The notes below the pieces were generated by a model that was not told the DNA's origin, made no database searches, and saw only the letters and a list, made by a program, of their open reading frames with translations. Shown here piece by piece: positions 47,001 through 56,697 of a DNA stretch of 64,000 nucleotides (position 1 is its first letter; the number at the start of each line of letters is the position of its first letter). This stretch comes from Mobula hypostoma. Lineage: Eukaryota. Location: contig NC_086108.1 in the NCBI RefSeq assembly GCF_963921235.1, forward strand, positions 53,198,001-53,262,000, written 5' to 3'. The translations under genes and the position numbers were made by a program.

Positions 47001-50000
47001 TTGAGACACTTGTGCTGTCGAAGTAATACTGTGAGTTAGAGTTTTCAGTCTGTCATGTGCTTTGGCTAAGTGTTCAAATTAGTTAGTTGTCGATATTTAA
47101 AGTACAGTCAGCTGACTTACAAAGAGCACATTTTATATTGCACTTAATAGAACATAGAACCGCACAGCACAAGACCAGGCCCACGGCCCACAATGTTGTA
47201 CCGAACCAGTTAAATTAGTCATCAAATGGCCAGCTAGACTAATCTCTTCTTCCTACACAATGTTCATATCCTTCCATTTTCCTCACATTCATGTGCCTTT
47301 CGAAACATTTCTTAAAAGTTTCTAATGTTTCTATCTCTACCACCACCCCAGGCAGTACATTTGAGGCACCCACCACTGTGTGTGTGTGAGAGAGAAAAAC
47401 AAATGAACAAACAACTTACCCCTCACATCTCCTTTGAAATGACCCCCTCTTATCTGCTATTAGATATTTCAACACAGGAGAAAAAGATACAGTATGTCTA
47501 TCTATCCCTCTCATAATCTTATAAATCTCAATCAGATTTCCCCCTCAGCTTTCCCACTCCAGAGAAAACAGCCCTAGTATTTCCATGCTGTCATAGCATA
47601 TACTTCTAATCCAGGCAGCATCCCGGTAAACTACTTCTGCACCCTCTCCAAATTCTAAACTACTTCTGCACCCTCTCCAAATTCTCTACATCCTTCCTAT
47701 AATGGGGTGACGAGAACTGTATACAATACTCCAGATGCGGTGGAACTAGGGTTTTATAAAGCAGCAACATAACTTCCTGACTTTTGAAATCAGTGCCTCA
47801 ACTAATAAAGGCACACATGCTATATGTCTTCTTAACCACCTTATCAACTCGTGTAGCCACTTTCAGTGAGCTATGAACTTGGATCTCGCAATCCCTCAGC
47901 TCATCAGCAATGTTGAGAGTTTTGCCCTTAACAGTATACTGCCTCTTTACATTTCTGCAGCCAAGGTGCAACACTTCACATTTGGCTGATTAAATGTCGT
48001 CTGCCATTTCTGCCCATATCTGCAACTGATCTATATTCCACTCTTCTTTGCCAGTTTTCTATATTATCCACAACATCACCAATCTTCATATCATCTGCAA
48101 GCTTACTAGCCCACTATATTTTCATCCAGGTCATTTATATCATAAAGAGCAGAGGTCCCATTACAGATCCCCATGGAACACCACTGATCAGTGACCTCCA
48201 GCTAAAATGAGTCTCTTCGACCACTGCCCTTTGCCTTCTATGGATGAGCTGGCTCCGAATATAAACGTCCAATTCACAATGGATCCCATGTATCTTAATC
48301 TTCTGGATGAGCCTACCATGAGAGATCTTGTCAAAGGCCTTATCTAAAATCCATGTAGATGACATCCACAGCTCTACCCTCATCACTCTCATCACCTCAT
48401 CAAAAAAAAACTCAAGTTAAGTTCAAATTCGTAAGACATGAATTGTCCTGCACAAAGCCATGCTGGCTGTCCCAAATTAGGCCACGGTCTTCCAGATGCT
48501 CATAAATCCTATTCCCAAGAATTCTCTCCAGTATCTTCCCTACCACTGACTTGAGACTCACCTGTCTGTAAGTTCCAGGATTATCCCTGGTTCCCTTCTT
48601 GAACAGTGGATCAACATTAGCCACTTGCCAGTCCTCCAAGACCTCACTTGTGGCTTGAGAGGAGAAGATCTTGGGCTCCAGCAACCTCTTTTCTTGCCTC
48701 TCTCAAAAACGGGTATATCCCATCAGGCCCTGGGGACTTATCCTTCTTAATTCTCTTTAAGAGACTCAACACAACCTCCTCCTTTATCTTGGAATGCCCT
48801 AGCATATCAATGTACTTGGCTCTTCTCGCCCTATTCTCCATGTCCTTCTCCTAGTTAAATACTGATATGTAAAGTACTTATTAAGGACCTAGCCCACATC
48901 CTCTTCATCCAAACAAATATTTCCCCCTTTATTCTTGTGGTCCTACCTTCTCCCTAGTTAGCTTCTTTTCTTGATGTATGTGCAGAATACCATAGGATTC
49001 TCTTTAACCCTTCTTGCCAAGGACTTTTCATGGCTCTTCCTAAGTTTTCCATTTCCCCTCGAGTTCTTTACTGATTTCTTTATAATCGTCAAGGGCACTG
49101 TTTGATTCAAGCTTCTGAAACTTTATATATCTTTCCTTTTTCTTCTGGACTAAATTCGTCACCTCTCTTGACAAACAAGGTTCTATTATTTTGTCATCCT
49201 TGTCCTTCCCTCTGACTGGAACATACCTGTTCTGTACTCTGTGCAGGACAGGTACCTCTTTAAACATTCTCCACATCCAAGATACAGATTTTGCCCAAAA
49301 ACAGTTGTTCCCAATTCATTCTCCCTAGTTCCTGCCTAATGCTCTTGTAATTTGCTCTGATCCAATTAAATACACTCCCTCCAAATCCATACTTATCCTT
49401 TTCTATATTATCTTAACACTTAAGGAGTTGCAGTCACTGTTCCCTAACTGCGCATCCACTGAAAGGTCGGTCACCTGGCCAGGCTCGTTACCCAACACCA
49501 TGTTCAGTACAGCCCCTTTTGTTGGACTTGTCAACATATTAATTTAAGAAACTCTCCTGGATGCATCTAACAAATCCTGCTCCACCTAAATCTCTTGCAC
49601 TAAGAAGGTTTGTATTTGGGAACCCTATTAAACTCTTCTCAGGCTTCCAACCGGGTACAGATATTGAGTCAAAAAGTACAGGAGGTGTATCTGTTTGGGT
49701 TACCTGGAGAAATTGGCAATAGCAGAACATTGCATTCGCAAAGGCCATATGATTGACTTTGACGGCACAAAACTACTGTGCTGTGCCAATGACTTTGGGA
49801 TCACCTGGTAAAGGAAACCATTGAAATAAAACTAGAGGAAAAGAGTTTTAACTAAGATGAAGGTCTTGCTATAAGTAAGAAATGGAATTCAATTGTAAAC
49901 AAGGTGGGACAGCGGAAATCTTATTGGATGAGGACTAACCAATCAGGACAGATGATGGGGCTATAAATACCACCAGCCTGAACATGCCTGGGCATCATCC

Positions 50001-53000
50001 CTGATGAAGATGCCAGAGTTTGTTATCAAAACATTGGTTAAAATCAATACCTCTACCCGTTGGAAGTCGGAGAAGAGTTTATTCGTCATACATGCCAGGA
50101 AAGTACTAGATCCTTTTTTCAACAACCCTGCATATATGTTCCTCAATATTCCAGTAACTACTGGGGGTGGGGTGTGTTTCTGTAGTACAATCCCATCAGT
50201 GCGTTCTTCCTATTTTGGAATTCTACCCATATAGGCTCAGTAGACGAGCCCTCCATTATGTCCTCTCGAAGTGCAGGTATGATAAGGTCCCTGATTGGTA
50301 GTGCAGCTTTCCCTTCCCCTCTTTTACCCTCTCTCTATCTTTTCTAAAACATTGAAAACTTGGGCATTAAGCATCCATTCCTGTTCCTCTCAACCAAGTC
50401 TCTGTAATGGCCAGAACTTCAATGTTACCGGTACTGTACTTCCATGCCTTCTTCATGAGTAATGAAGAGTAATCACTGGCATGACTTCTTTGGCCAGGAA
50501 CGTGAAGCTCACCCTTTCCACCACTGCTCCCTCAATGAGGACTGGTGTATGTTTTCCCAACTGCCCCTATCTGAAGTCCACAATTAATTCCTTGGTTGAG
50601 TGCAAGGTTGTTGTTGAAACACCACTCAACCAAGTGATCTATCTCGTTCCTGTACACCACCTCATTGTCTTCTGAGATTCTGCCAACAAGGATTGGTGTT
50701 ATTGGCAAACTTATCGACGGCATTTGAGCTGTGCCTAGCCACACAGTCATGAGTGTGGAGAGAGAGATAGAGACAAATATTTAATTTTAAAAAAGTTTGA
50801 TCCTTTGCTAGTGTTTTACTTTCTATTGTGGCCACATGTTTAGAATGGTTAACTGTTCAGCCTGATGTATTATTGGTGTAAAATAGACAAGGGAACTCCC
50901 ATACTATCTTGATAATTTTGTGCTCTGAGTTGATCCTGGCAAGGTCAGTTACATCAGAGGTTGGAAAGAGGGAGCAAATACAAATCAAGTAAGTTCTTGC
51001 AATTCATTAAGCAGTTTGCATTGACTCACATTATGTTATGTCTAGCCTGAATATTCATAATGTATTGTAAGAACTCACTCGTGAAGAATGGTTAGTTGGA
51101 TGGTGACCTATAACTCAACTGATGTTGATGCTGTTAAGAAAAAGGAAACAATGAAGCGTCATTGAGGTATACAGCTTGTCAATCGACCATTTGTCCCACA
51201 AGGTTCATGCTGACCATCAAGCTCCCATTCTCCCCTTATCAGCTTATTTTGTGCACTTCCTATAACTCCCTCCAATTCTGCCTTTCATTAACACACTAAG
51301 GGCAGTTTACATCAAACAATTAGATTATATATCACAGTGGGATGTGGGAGGAAGTTAGAACATTCAGGAAGATCATGCAAGCTCAACACGGAGAGTACTG
51401 TAGGTCAGGATTGACCCTGTGTTGCTGGAGTTCTGGAGCAGCACCTCTACTGACTGTGCAGTACTGTAGTAGCATCCAAGAACTTGTTGGGTGGATAGTG
51501 AAGCTGTGACTCAGAAGCAGGCGTGTTTTGAAGTTGTTTCAGTGTCCCATTCCGATCACATTGTGTGACTGCATTGTATGGAATAATATTGGCAATTTGC
51601 TGATCTTAAGGAAAAGATAAGGAAATTCTTGGGAACAGGAAAGGAAAATTAAGCCTTGCAAAAGAATTCCTTTTTGGTTAGACCAATCCTACCAATTTTG
51701 TTCCTTATTTAATTTCTCATTCTCTGGTTCAACTCTATGGTTCAGTGATCTTTCCTAGCAACTTGCTTTACAGGTCTGTTGCAAAATTATTTAGCTATTT
51801 TGCTTAACTACTTAAGCCACCATATTAATTTTTAATACCCCTTGGCATTTGACCTCAGTGATCTCTTTGTCTGGCTCAATTTATTTGGTTCCATTATTAA
51901 TCTTCAAAATGTTATTTGTTTAGCTTATTGTAGAGTCTGCTTTTACCTAAGGGGAAAAGCTTTACTTGTAAATGGAAGATATTTTCCTTGTACCTGACAG
52001 GCTGATGTGTGTATGACGAATGTGAATCCAATCTCAGTTCCATGGTGATCATAGCAATCAATGCTTTAAGGAATAGACACATGAGTGATGAGTATATGGC
52101 TGAAAGCGACAGTATAATAAACACTGTGCACAGTGTACTTACACAGATAACATGTTACAATGCATTCAACTTGCATTAACTAAAAATTATTGCATTTTAG
52201 TTTCTGTATCTGCTTATGCAAGTTAGATATATTGCAAAACAGCACGTTAATAGGTTTAAGAAATTTCTATTTTTTAATGTCACTCTACTATCAGGTTCAG
52301 TGATCTGTCCTGGCAGCTTGGTTTACAGACCTATTGCAAAATAATTTAAATATTCTGTTTAAGGTATCATTTCAATAAATGCAACATTGAAATAGTTCCA
52401 ATGCATTAAAACATTTTAGCTTCTATCCAAATTATGCTCAAGATTTCTGTCACATTACCAGCTTGGCCAATGCTTTAAGCTGTGGTAAATTTGTGGCTGG
52501 CATTGGTTAAAATTGACAAAATTAATTTATTGACCTGCACTGAAAGCTGATTGTGTAGCAAAGCATTAGGCTATACAGATGAGGAAGGTTCCAGAATTAT
52601 CCACTAAGGCAGCGGTATGGTGCTATGATTGGCATGTGGGTTAGGAAAAACTTAAGACTTACAGCAATCATTTTACAACAACTATCTGGATTATACATTG
52701 GTACAGGCAAGTGCCTGCTTTTGAAGAATGATATTCCAGTATGAATTACCCCATTAGGAAAGCAGTCTGCAATAGAGTTAATTTTTTTTAATTGAGATTA
52801 ATCTTATTTATATATCAAAAAAAAGTTTGGGATCTGTATGCAAGACTGAATGGAACAGCTGAAGTGAAGTATGTTCATGAATAAAATTTCTATTACTAAA
52901 GTGATTGGGAAAGATAAGAGATTAAATTATTATTCCATAGTTACTTATCTGATTCCAATTTTTCCTGTCAGTTAACAATCATGACATGACCTTGTTAAAC

Positions 53001-55816
53001 GATCTTTTACTCTTGATGGAATACTTCACAGGCATTCCTCCTGTATTCATTTTCTTATTTAAAAATTTTTTTTTGTTCAAATTTCCTCTCTTTCTGAAGG
53101 GAATGAACCTTCCTGGTGCATAATTCCATTGGCACCACACACTCAAAGATTATTGACCCGCTTGTGTGGCTAATTCAACTGGCAAAGTGGGAGGGAGTAA
53201 AAGGGCAGAAATAATTTTCATTTCTTAGAAATATTTCAAAATAATTGTTCCTGTGCAATAAAGCTTGATTAATCTGGTTTACTATCAGTAATTATGAGCT
53301 GATGGGCATATAAAAGACAAAGGGAGATATAATAAGTAGAAGTTACAAATCTTTTGCACTTTCCCAGGAACGTTAGTGCTGTTATTTTTGGTTTGATACT
53401 GCTGTTATTCTGCCTCTTCCACACGTCCGTTCTTAATAATTTTTTGTCCTTGAAAGAAATTGAGTGGGCTGGTCATCTGATTGAATGTAGGATTATTTAT
53501 CATATGGTCAAATAGACCATGGTATTTCCTGTCAACAATATCAATGAAGTGCCTGTTAAGATATAAGCTTTAAATGTTCATGCTGATTCATGTGAAAATG
53601 TCCAGGATTCCGTCTCCCCACTGCACAGAGCTTTAAGACTATTTGTGACTGCCCTGACTGAGGTGAGCTAAAGGAGCACAGACTGGGATTGAACCCCTGA
53701 CCTCCTTTGTCTGAGCAATTCACCCCATATAAAGCTGTGAGTTTACTTATTGATATTTTCAGTTCGATTTTGTCCAAATCTTTGTTTATACTGCTCTTAT
53801 TTTGCTGGTTTTCAGACCTGTAATATTGATTCTACATGAACTGCCCTTCATGACAACCTGGTTTTTGCTGGTATCAACTTTTAGGTAAGATCAATAATTT
53901 TACATGGCAGATCACTACATGTATATTGTTCAACTTGTGTTGGTTCTACGTCTAAATATTTCTTCATTTCTTTTCCTAGTAGAATTGAGAGGAAACTCAA
54001 GATTCAGGGGCAAAAAAAAACATTTTTTTAACAAGTTTTTAAAAAAATTTCTCTTATATAGTCTCAGTAAATAATCATATTATTCTTTTAAATGTTCAAA
54101 AGAATATTTTGGAACTGCTTCCAATTCTTGTGCTTAAAGGCATGTCTTCTTCCTGCTTTGGGTACTAGACAGTTTTTTTGGTGAAATGCCACCAAACCTG
54201 ACTAATCTAATGATCAATCCATCCTTGCAATGTACTCACTAAAGCAAGCAACAGACGCTGAAGTCAGTATTGTTAATCTTTAGTTGCCACTACTATATCC
54301 AAGGTAACAGGTAAACTTGATAGCACTAGACACATAAATCTAATTGAGTTGGAATACAACTTTTCATTTGACATTTTTTTCCTTTGTGTTCTTACAGTAT
54401 GTTTCCCCTGTTGCTAAAAGATGGCCTACTCCTTCCTTATATTGTTAGCTCTTTGACATTCCTTCTTGTCACAATAAAGTTGTTATCAGCCTTTGAGAAA
54501 GTGTCCGTGGAGGATCTGCAGCTCCAGCCGGTTTTGCAGAGCTTGAGGAGGTACATCCCACACTTTGCAATTTCATCATACGTTGCAAAGCTTTCAGTAA
54601 GTAATCTCAGTACTTTAGAAAAAATGGTTCATTGCAAAATCATTGTTTTAAATTTGTTTTTATTTTCCAAAGCACCCAAGCCTTCAGTATTGGGTCTTGG
54701 GTTGTAATCCAGTTCAGAGGAATTGAAAGGAAGCTAAGTATTATTAACTTAGCCACAGGAATGGCTAGTCCAGGAAATGGACACTTTCACAGCAGTACAC
54801 GTCTAAGGTTGAAATGCTAATGAATTCAAGAGAGCTGCATATACAAATCTTGTAGAACTTACGAGGAAATGTACAAATACTGACAAAAGTGAATGTAAAT
54901 ACCTGGTTTCTGGATTGTGATGAATTTGAAGTGTGTTTTTGTATATGCACTGCATGAGATGGATCTCAAGATGCTTCATCTTGGTTTTTGTTAGTTCAGT
55001 GTTGCCCAGCAATTAGCATGAATCGTAATTAAAGGGGGAGCTTTCTTTTGAGGGGGCATGTGAAAAAAACAAGTGTCTATCTTTAGTTCATCTAATTGGT
55101 CTTCTTAACATAAAGGCCAATAAAGAATACATAGCTTTGAAATAATGCTAAGGAATCTCTTGTACTCGCCTGAAGAAGCAAACGGGCCGCTCTAGAATGT
55201 CCTATTTGAAAGACAGCTCTCTCTTCTGAGAAATGCATTGGAGTATGAGCCTAGAACTTGATGCTAATATCTCTGGAGTACCATATGGGACCGTAACCCT
55301 CTGACCACCTACTGAAGAGCTCTAATTAAAGAACAAACTGAAACTGGAGAACTGATTTTAATTATTTCACTTTCTCTTGCATCAAGAATTGATTGTCGAT
55401 TTATTTTTCAAGTTGGTTTGTTTCGTAGTTTAGACATACTATGATACTATACAGCTAGTGTTGGGTTATAGAATCTATAGGTTATTCATGGTTTAAGATT
55501 ATTAAATATGTTTCAGTATTTGGGATTTACACCCTTAAAATACGAAATGGATTAAAGAAATTGTAGTTGAATGTGTTAAAAAAAAAACTAACAAACAACT
55601 TTTTTTTTATTCCTACAGTTCCTTTTATCTGTGATAGCCATGGCGAGTCTTAGTTTGATTAGTGTAACACTAGTTCCTCCACCACAACTGCCAGACTTGT
55701 TCCCCGTCTTGGTGTCCCTAATTTCTTGCTTCCACTTCTTGATCTTCCTGGTGTACTTCAACATTCTGCATCTATCGGAGCCTGTGTTCAAGAAGCATCA
55801 ACGGAAAGTGAAGTAG
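1911..55816 (+). CDS. ALG6: ALG6 dolichyl-PP-Man9GlcNAc2 alpha-1,3-glucosyltransferase, 5'-partial, 12 coding exons: join(1911-2000,4377-4465,13129-13208,18842-18906,20551-20733,24439-24574,36522-36607,43714-43798,46332-46402,53816-53884,54398-54596,55619-55816)
   Basis: Spliced exons give a continuous frame (1351 nt, all phases compatible) with ALG6 motifs [71 protein letters not shown] and LPDLF. Ten GT-AG introns and one AT-AC intron. Confidence 0.97.
2211..3153 (+). mobile_element. tRNA-derived SINE (V-SINE/HE1-like), split by a CR1 insertion
   Basis: Pol III A box (ggtggcgtagcgg) and B box (gggttcaatccc) at 2221-2277; body resumes near 2949; CR1-like 3' tail. Confidence 0.75.
2302..2948 (+). 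mobile_element. 5'-truncated CR1 LINE nested in the SINE
   Basis: ORF 2328-2699 ([15 protein letters not shown]...[13 protein letters not shown]); ttctatgg tail. Confidence 0.9.
3300..3660 (-). mobile_element. Degraded CR1 3' fragment
   Basis: Reverse-complement similarity to the CR1 3' region (accaccctctggtgaaaaaatttctt; ccctctcattcttcta). Confidence 0.55.
3680..4118 (+). mobile_element. Tc1-family DNA transposon remnant
   Basis: Decayed N-terminal transposase ([23 protein letters not shown]) and TIR-like ggctactttattaggtaca near 4068-4086. Confidence 0.65.
4377..4465 (+). CDS. ALG6: ALG6 coding exon [29 protein letters not shown]
   Basis: Acceptor ttcttactcag, donor gtaact; 89 nt. Confidence 0.96.
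4635..5205 (+). mobile_element. V-SINE-like element interrupted by a CR1 3' fragment (about 4800-5072)
   Basis: SINE core gagtttgcatgttc; internal CR1 3' end; second SINE tail gggtcgaagggtctgtttc. Confidence 0.6.
5473..6325 (-). mobile_element. Penelope-like retroelement (Neptune-type), 3' part: GIY-YIG endonuclease plus terminal repeat with a degenerate hammerhead motif
   Basis: ORF 5869-6327: Cys-rich linker [49 protein letters not shown]. Hammerhead-like motif at 5531-5566. Possible TSD aactgata/aactggta. Confidence 0.88.
7557..8302 (-). mobile_element. Rex1/Babar-type LINE 3' fragment
   Basis: ORF 7725-8285 [13 protein letters not shown]...[17 protein letters not shown] (RT C-terminal, DUF1891-like). 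Confidence 0.85.
8303..9261 (+). mobile_element. 5'-truncated CR1 LINE
   Basis: [24 protein letters not shown]1 3' UTR. Confidence 0.88.
10360..10982. mobile_element. Mariner-type non-autonomous foldback element (MITE)
   Basis: TIR cgaggggtgattgataa / ttatcaatcacccctcg with TA TSD; long inverted arms; no transposase. Confidence 0.85.
10990..11545 (-). mobile_element. CR1 internal fragment (region between endonuclease and RT)
   Basis: Similar to the corresponding part of the long CR1 at about 48900-49530. Confidence 0.65.
13129..13208 (+). CDS. ALG6: ALG6 coding exon (V)[26 protein letters not shown]
   Basis: Acceptor ttttatttag, donor gtaggc; 80 nt; YIPA motif. Confidence 0.92.
13607..14498 (+). 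mobile_element. Rex1/Babar LINE 3' fragment
   Basis: ORF 13628-13912 ([29 protein letters not shown]); tail aataaacttgaacttgaact. Confidence 0.85.
18842..18906 (+). CDS. ALG6: ALG6 coding exon [21 protein letters not shown](Q)
   Basis: Acceptor ctcttcacag; ends at U12 donor ATATCCTT; 65 nt. Confidence 0.95.
19225..19485 (+). mobile_element. V-SINE-like remnant inside the U12 intron
   Basis: Core gtgtggaggttgcgcattgtccc..taattggctactgtcaattgcccct; tail gggctgaagaacct. Confidence 0.55.
19499..20242. mobile_element. hAT-Charlie-type MITE with 8-bp TSD ATCTATGA
   Basis: TIR caggggtccccaacc / ggttggggactgctg; TSD at 19491-19498 and 20243-20250. Confidence 0.88.
19610..20154. mobile_element. hAT (Tip100-like) MITE nested in the Charlie MITE, 8-bp TSD TGTTCAAG
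   Basis: Ends tagggtt / aagccta; internal tagggttgccaac at 19644; subterminal cggga(c/t) repeats; TSD at 19602-19609 and 20155-20162. Confidence 0.82.
20551..20733 (+). CDS. ALG6: ALG6 coding exon [60 protein letters not shown]
   Basis: Follows the U12 AC acceptor; donor gtgagt; 183 nt. Confidence 0.95.
21429..21586. mobile_element. Palindromic Penelope-terminal-repeat-derived mini-element, 12-bp TSD ACATCAGGTTTA
   Basis: 55-bp inverted arms (21430-21484 and 21498-21552, 52/55 identical); exact TSD at 21417-21428 and 21587-21598. Confidence 0.85.
22072..23998 (-). mobile_element. CR1 LINE, about 1.9 kb of ORF2/RT plus 3' end
   Basis: ORF pieces [53 protein letters not shown]; taagacca tail. 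Confidence 0.92.
24439..24574 (+). CDS. ALG6: ALG6 coding exon [45 protein letters not shown]
   Basis: Acceptor tgtattgcag, donor gtacgt; 136 nt. Confidence 0.96.
25671..25908. mobile_element. Palindromic Penelope-derived mini-element with two inverted hammerhead-like motifs
   Basis: About 96-bp inverted arms (25708-25803 and 25812-25907); TSD TGTATATGAAA / TGTACATGAAA. Confidence 0.82.
26213..27432 (-). mobile_element. Rex1/Babar LINE fragment
   Basis: ORF 26641-27078 [26 protein letters not shown]; ttgaac tail. Confidence 0.85.
29165..29515 (+). mobile_element. V-SINE-like element
   Basis: tRNA-like head; core gaagtttgcatgtcc..tcccacatcccaaagat; LINE-like tail. Confidence 0.65.
30115..30700 (-). 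mobile_element. CR1 3' fragment
   Basis: Same subfamily 3' region as 22072-22600. Confidence 0.75.
31662..32723 (+). mobile_element. 5'-truncated, relatively young CR1 LINE
   Basis: ORFs 31595-32026 and 32209-32622 ([31 protein letters not shown]); tcttatgg tail. Confidence 0.92.
33887..35271. mobile_element. Non-autonomous hAT-like element inserted in the Rex1 copy
   Basis: Ends cagacatcccacc / ggtgggaggtg; duplicated target gccattg(c/a); subterminal cgggagac motifs. Confidence 0.6.
34390..35112 (-). mobile_element. hAT-Charlie/Buster element with a transposase C-terminal (dimerisation domain) fragment
   Basis: ORF 34751-35065 [41 protein letters not shown]; TIRs cagggggccgcaa / ttggggaccact; same ends as 19499-20242. 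Confidence 0.85.
36522..36607 (+). CDS. ALG6: ALG6 coding exon [28 protein letters not shown](S)
   Basis: Acceptor tttctaactag, donor gtaacc; 86 nt. Confidence 0.94.
37258..37515 (-). mobile_element. V-SINE-like element
   Basis: tgtctttggactgtgggaggaaaccggagcac..gggagaacgtacaagctc..ggaattgaacc (reverse B box). Confidence 0.7.
37527..38590 (-). mobile_element. Tc1 transposase pseudogene
   Basis: ORF 37920-38249 ([27 protein letters not shown]) and downstream [17 protein letters not shown] motifs. Confidence 0.85.
38615..39275 (+). mobile_element. Degraded CR1 3' fragment
   Basis: [15 protein letters not shown] and [10 protein letters not shown] motifs. Confidence 0.8.
39890..40685 (+). mobile_element. 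Probable non-autonomous retroelement with a Rex1-like tail
   Basis: Begins aagatggcgccg; ctgaa repeats at 40509-40524; ends acaataaatgtactttgaaatttt; no credible ORF. Confidence 0.45.
40685..41225 (+). mobile_element. CR1 3' fragment
   Basis: [19 protein letters not shown] coding; CR1 3' UTR. Confidence 0.8.
41880..42127. mobile_element. Palindromic Penelope-derived mini-element nested in an older Penelope terminal-repeat remnant (about 41625-42290)
   Basis: Inverted arms aaaatgcttgaggaactcggcaggccagggagcatctatg / catagatgctgcctggcctgctaagtccttccagcatttt; TSD TGAAGAAGATGCA / TGAAGAAAATGCA. Confidence 0.8.
41977..42014 (-). ncRNA. Minimal type-I hammerhead ribozyme motif (Penelope-type)
   Basis: Minus strand reads CAGUC-CUGAUGA-AGG(GUCUCAG)CCU-GAAAC-GUU-GAUUG: intact CUGANGA and GAAA boxes, stems I and II, palindromic ACGU stem III. 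Confidence 0.7.
42300..42800 (-). mobile_element. Degraded CR1 3' fragment
   Basis: [22 protein letters not shown]. Confidence 0.7.
42803..43218. mobile_element. Internally deleted Tc1 element
   Basis: TIRs cagtattgtgcaaaagtcttgggcac / gtgtctaagacttttgcacagtagtg(ta); shares sequence with 37527-37595. Confidence 0.82.
43714..43798 (+). CDS. ALG6: ALG6 coding exon [28 protein letters not shown]
   Basis: Acceptor ctcttatcag, donor gtaagt; 85 nt. Confidence 0.94.
44199..44351. mobile_element. 153-bp Tc1/mariner-superfamily (Tigger-like) MITE
   Basis: Perfect 20-bp TIR CAGGTCGACCTTCACTAATC; TA TSD on both sides. Confidence 0.88.
46332..46402 (+). CDS. ALG6: ALG6 coding exon [23 protein letters not shown](I)
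   Basis: Acceptor aatttctag, donor gtaagt; 71 nt; FQVHEK motif. Confidence 0.96.
47147..50430 (-). mobile_element. Long degraded CR1 LINE (endonuclease to RT) with a Penelope insertion
   Basis: [42 protein letters not shown]; atagaac tail; internal 29-bp tandem duplication near 47628-47686. Confidence 0.88.
49630..50113 (+). mobile_element. Penelope/Poseidon-type retroelement fragment with an inverted partial terminal repeat
   Basis: Decayed GIY-YIG C-terminus ([43 protein letters not shown]); 38-bp inverted repeat at 49630-49667 and 50044-50080; hammerhead-like ctgatgaagatg..atcaaaac. Confidence 0.8.
50470..50760 (-). mobile_element. Rex1/Babar fragment
   Basis: [33 protein letters not shown]. 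Confidence 0.75.
51165..51460 (-). mobile_element. Degraded V-SINE-like element
   Basis: gggatgtgggaggaag..ggtcaggattgaccc. Confidence 0.5.
53816..53884 (+). CDS. ALG6: ALG6 coding exon [22 protein letters not shown](S)
   Basis: Acceptor ggttttcag, donor gtaaga; 69 nt. Confidence 0.95.
54398..54596 (+). CDS. ALG6: ALG6 coding exon [18 protein letters not shown]...[17 protein letters not shown]
   Basis: Acceptor gttcttacag, donor gtaagt; 199 nt. Confidence 0.95.
55190..55320 (-). mobile_element. Probable Deu-domain SINE remnant (second similar remnant at about 21750-21830)
   Basis: gaaagacagc..tgcattggagtatgagcctaga..ctctggagt resembles the recalled DeuSINE core. Confidence 0.4.
55619..55816 (+). 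CDS. ALG6: ALG6 terminal coding exon [65 protein letters not shown]
   Basis: Acceptor ttcctacag; 198 nt to TAG. Confidence 0.96.
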   Translation, partial: FLLSVIAMASLSLISVTLVPPPQLPDLFPVLVSLISCFHFLIFLVYFNILHLSEPVFKKHQRKVK

Positions 55817-55875
55817 AGCACTGTTTGTTTTATTGCAGTGCAAAAATAGAATCTGTTCCACTGTATATTACAGTA

Positions 55876-55881
55876 AATAAA
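55876..55881 (+). promoter_or_regulatory. Candidate polyadenylation signal (AATAAA) of ALG6
   Basis: First AATAAA, 60 nt after the stop codon; actual use unverified. Confidence 0.45.
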
Positions 55882-56656
55882 TGATACTCTATGGTCCAAA
55901 ATGTAAAAATTATCATTTTAAAAAATTATGTATTAACTTATCTGCCTCAATATATCAGTACATGCTGAAGAAAGCACCATGGATCCTGGGTCTTCCTGCT
56001 GTATTTGATCTAACAGTTAGGATGTTTCATGTGACCACGGAAACACCGATTTTAAAGAGGTGAGAAATCAGCCATGTTTGCTGCTCCTGACTATCAAATG
56101 AACTTTGATGACAAATGCAACAATTTGAGTATCTTTTGTGGAAAAGATTAAGTTTATATATGATGTCTCCAGTAATTATTATTCTGACAGTACTTTTACA
56201 CTTGCATAAAGTAACCAAGATTAATGGCAATAAGTTAATAACATATCTTGGCATTGGCCATTCCCTTTGAGAGGAAGTGAAGAAAACAAAAAGGATACAT
56301 GCACCAGCATGCTCAGATTTTGACCCTGGGCCATTTGTAAAGAGAACATTAAATAAGAAGTGAGTAAAACAATTGATGTGTGCTTCCTGGTTTTAGGGAA
56401 GAGAGGAAATACACTGCAAAGGTTTGGGAGTGTACTGATCTCACCCACAATCAGACAAAGATAAAATCCAATTAAAGAAATACTCCAATCTGTCAGGGTT
56501 GTTTTTAAGGTAGTACATCCAAAGCATTGTGAACAATGCCGGACTCTCTAAGAGTTAAGTTCCATTGTTCTTGTCGACTTAATTTACGTACTTTACCATT
56601 TTTCCTGAAAGTGCAGACTGCAATTTTTCTAGAGATGTTTCATGTGTGATTTCAGA

Positions 56657-56697
56657 GTGAGTGTGTGTGTGTGTGTGTGTATATGTATATATATATA
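56657..56697. repeat. Compound (GT)n/(AT)n microsatellite
   Basis: Read directly from the sequence. Confidence 0.9.

Noticed and set aside
49621..50129. aaccct on both sides of the Penelope insertion as a possible TSD
   Set aside because: Short, not flush with the element ends, and the right copy looks like native CR1 sequence.
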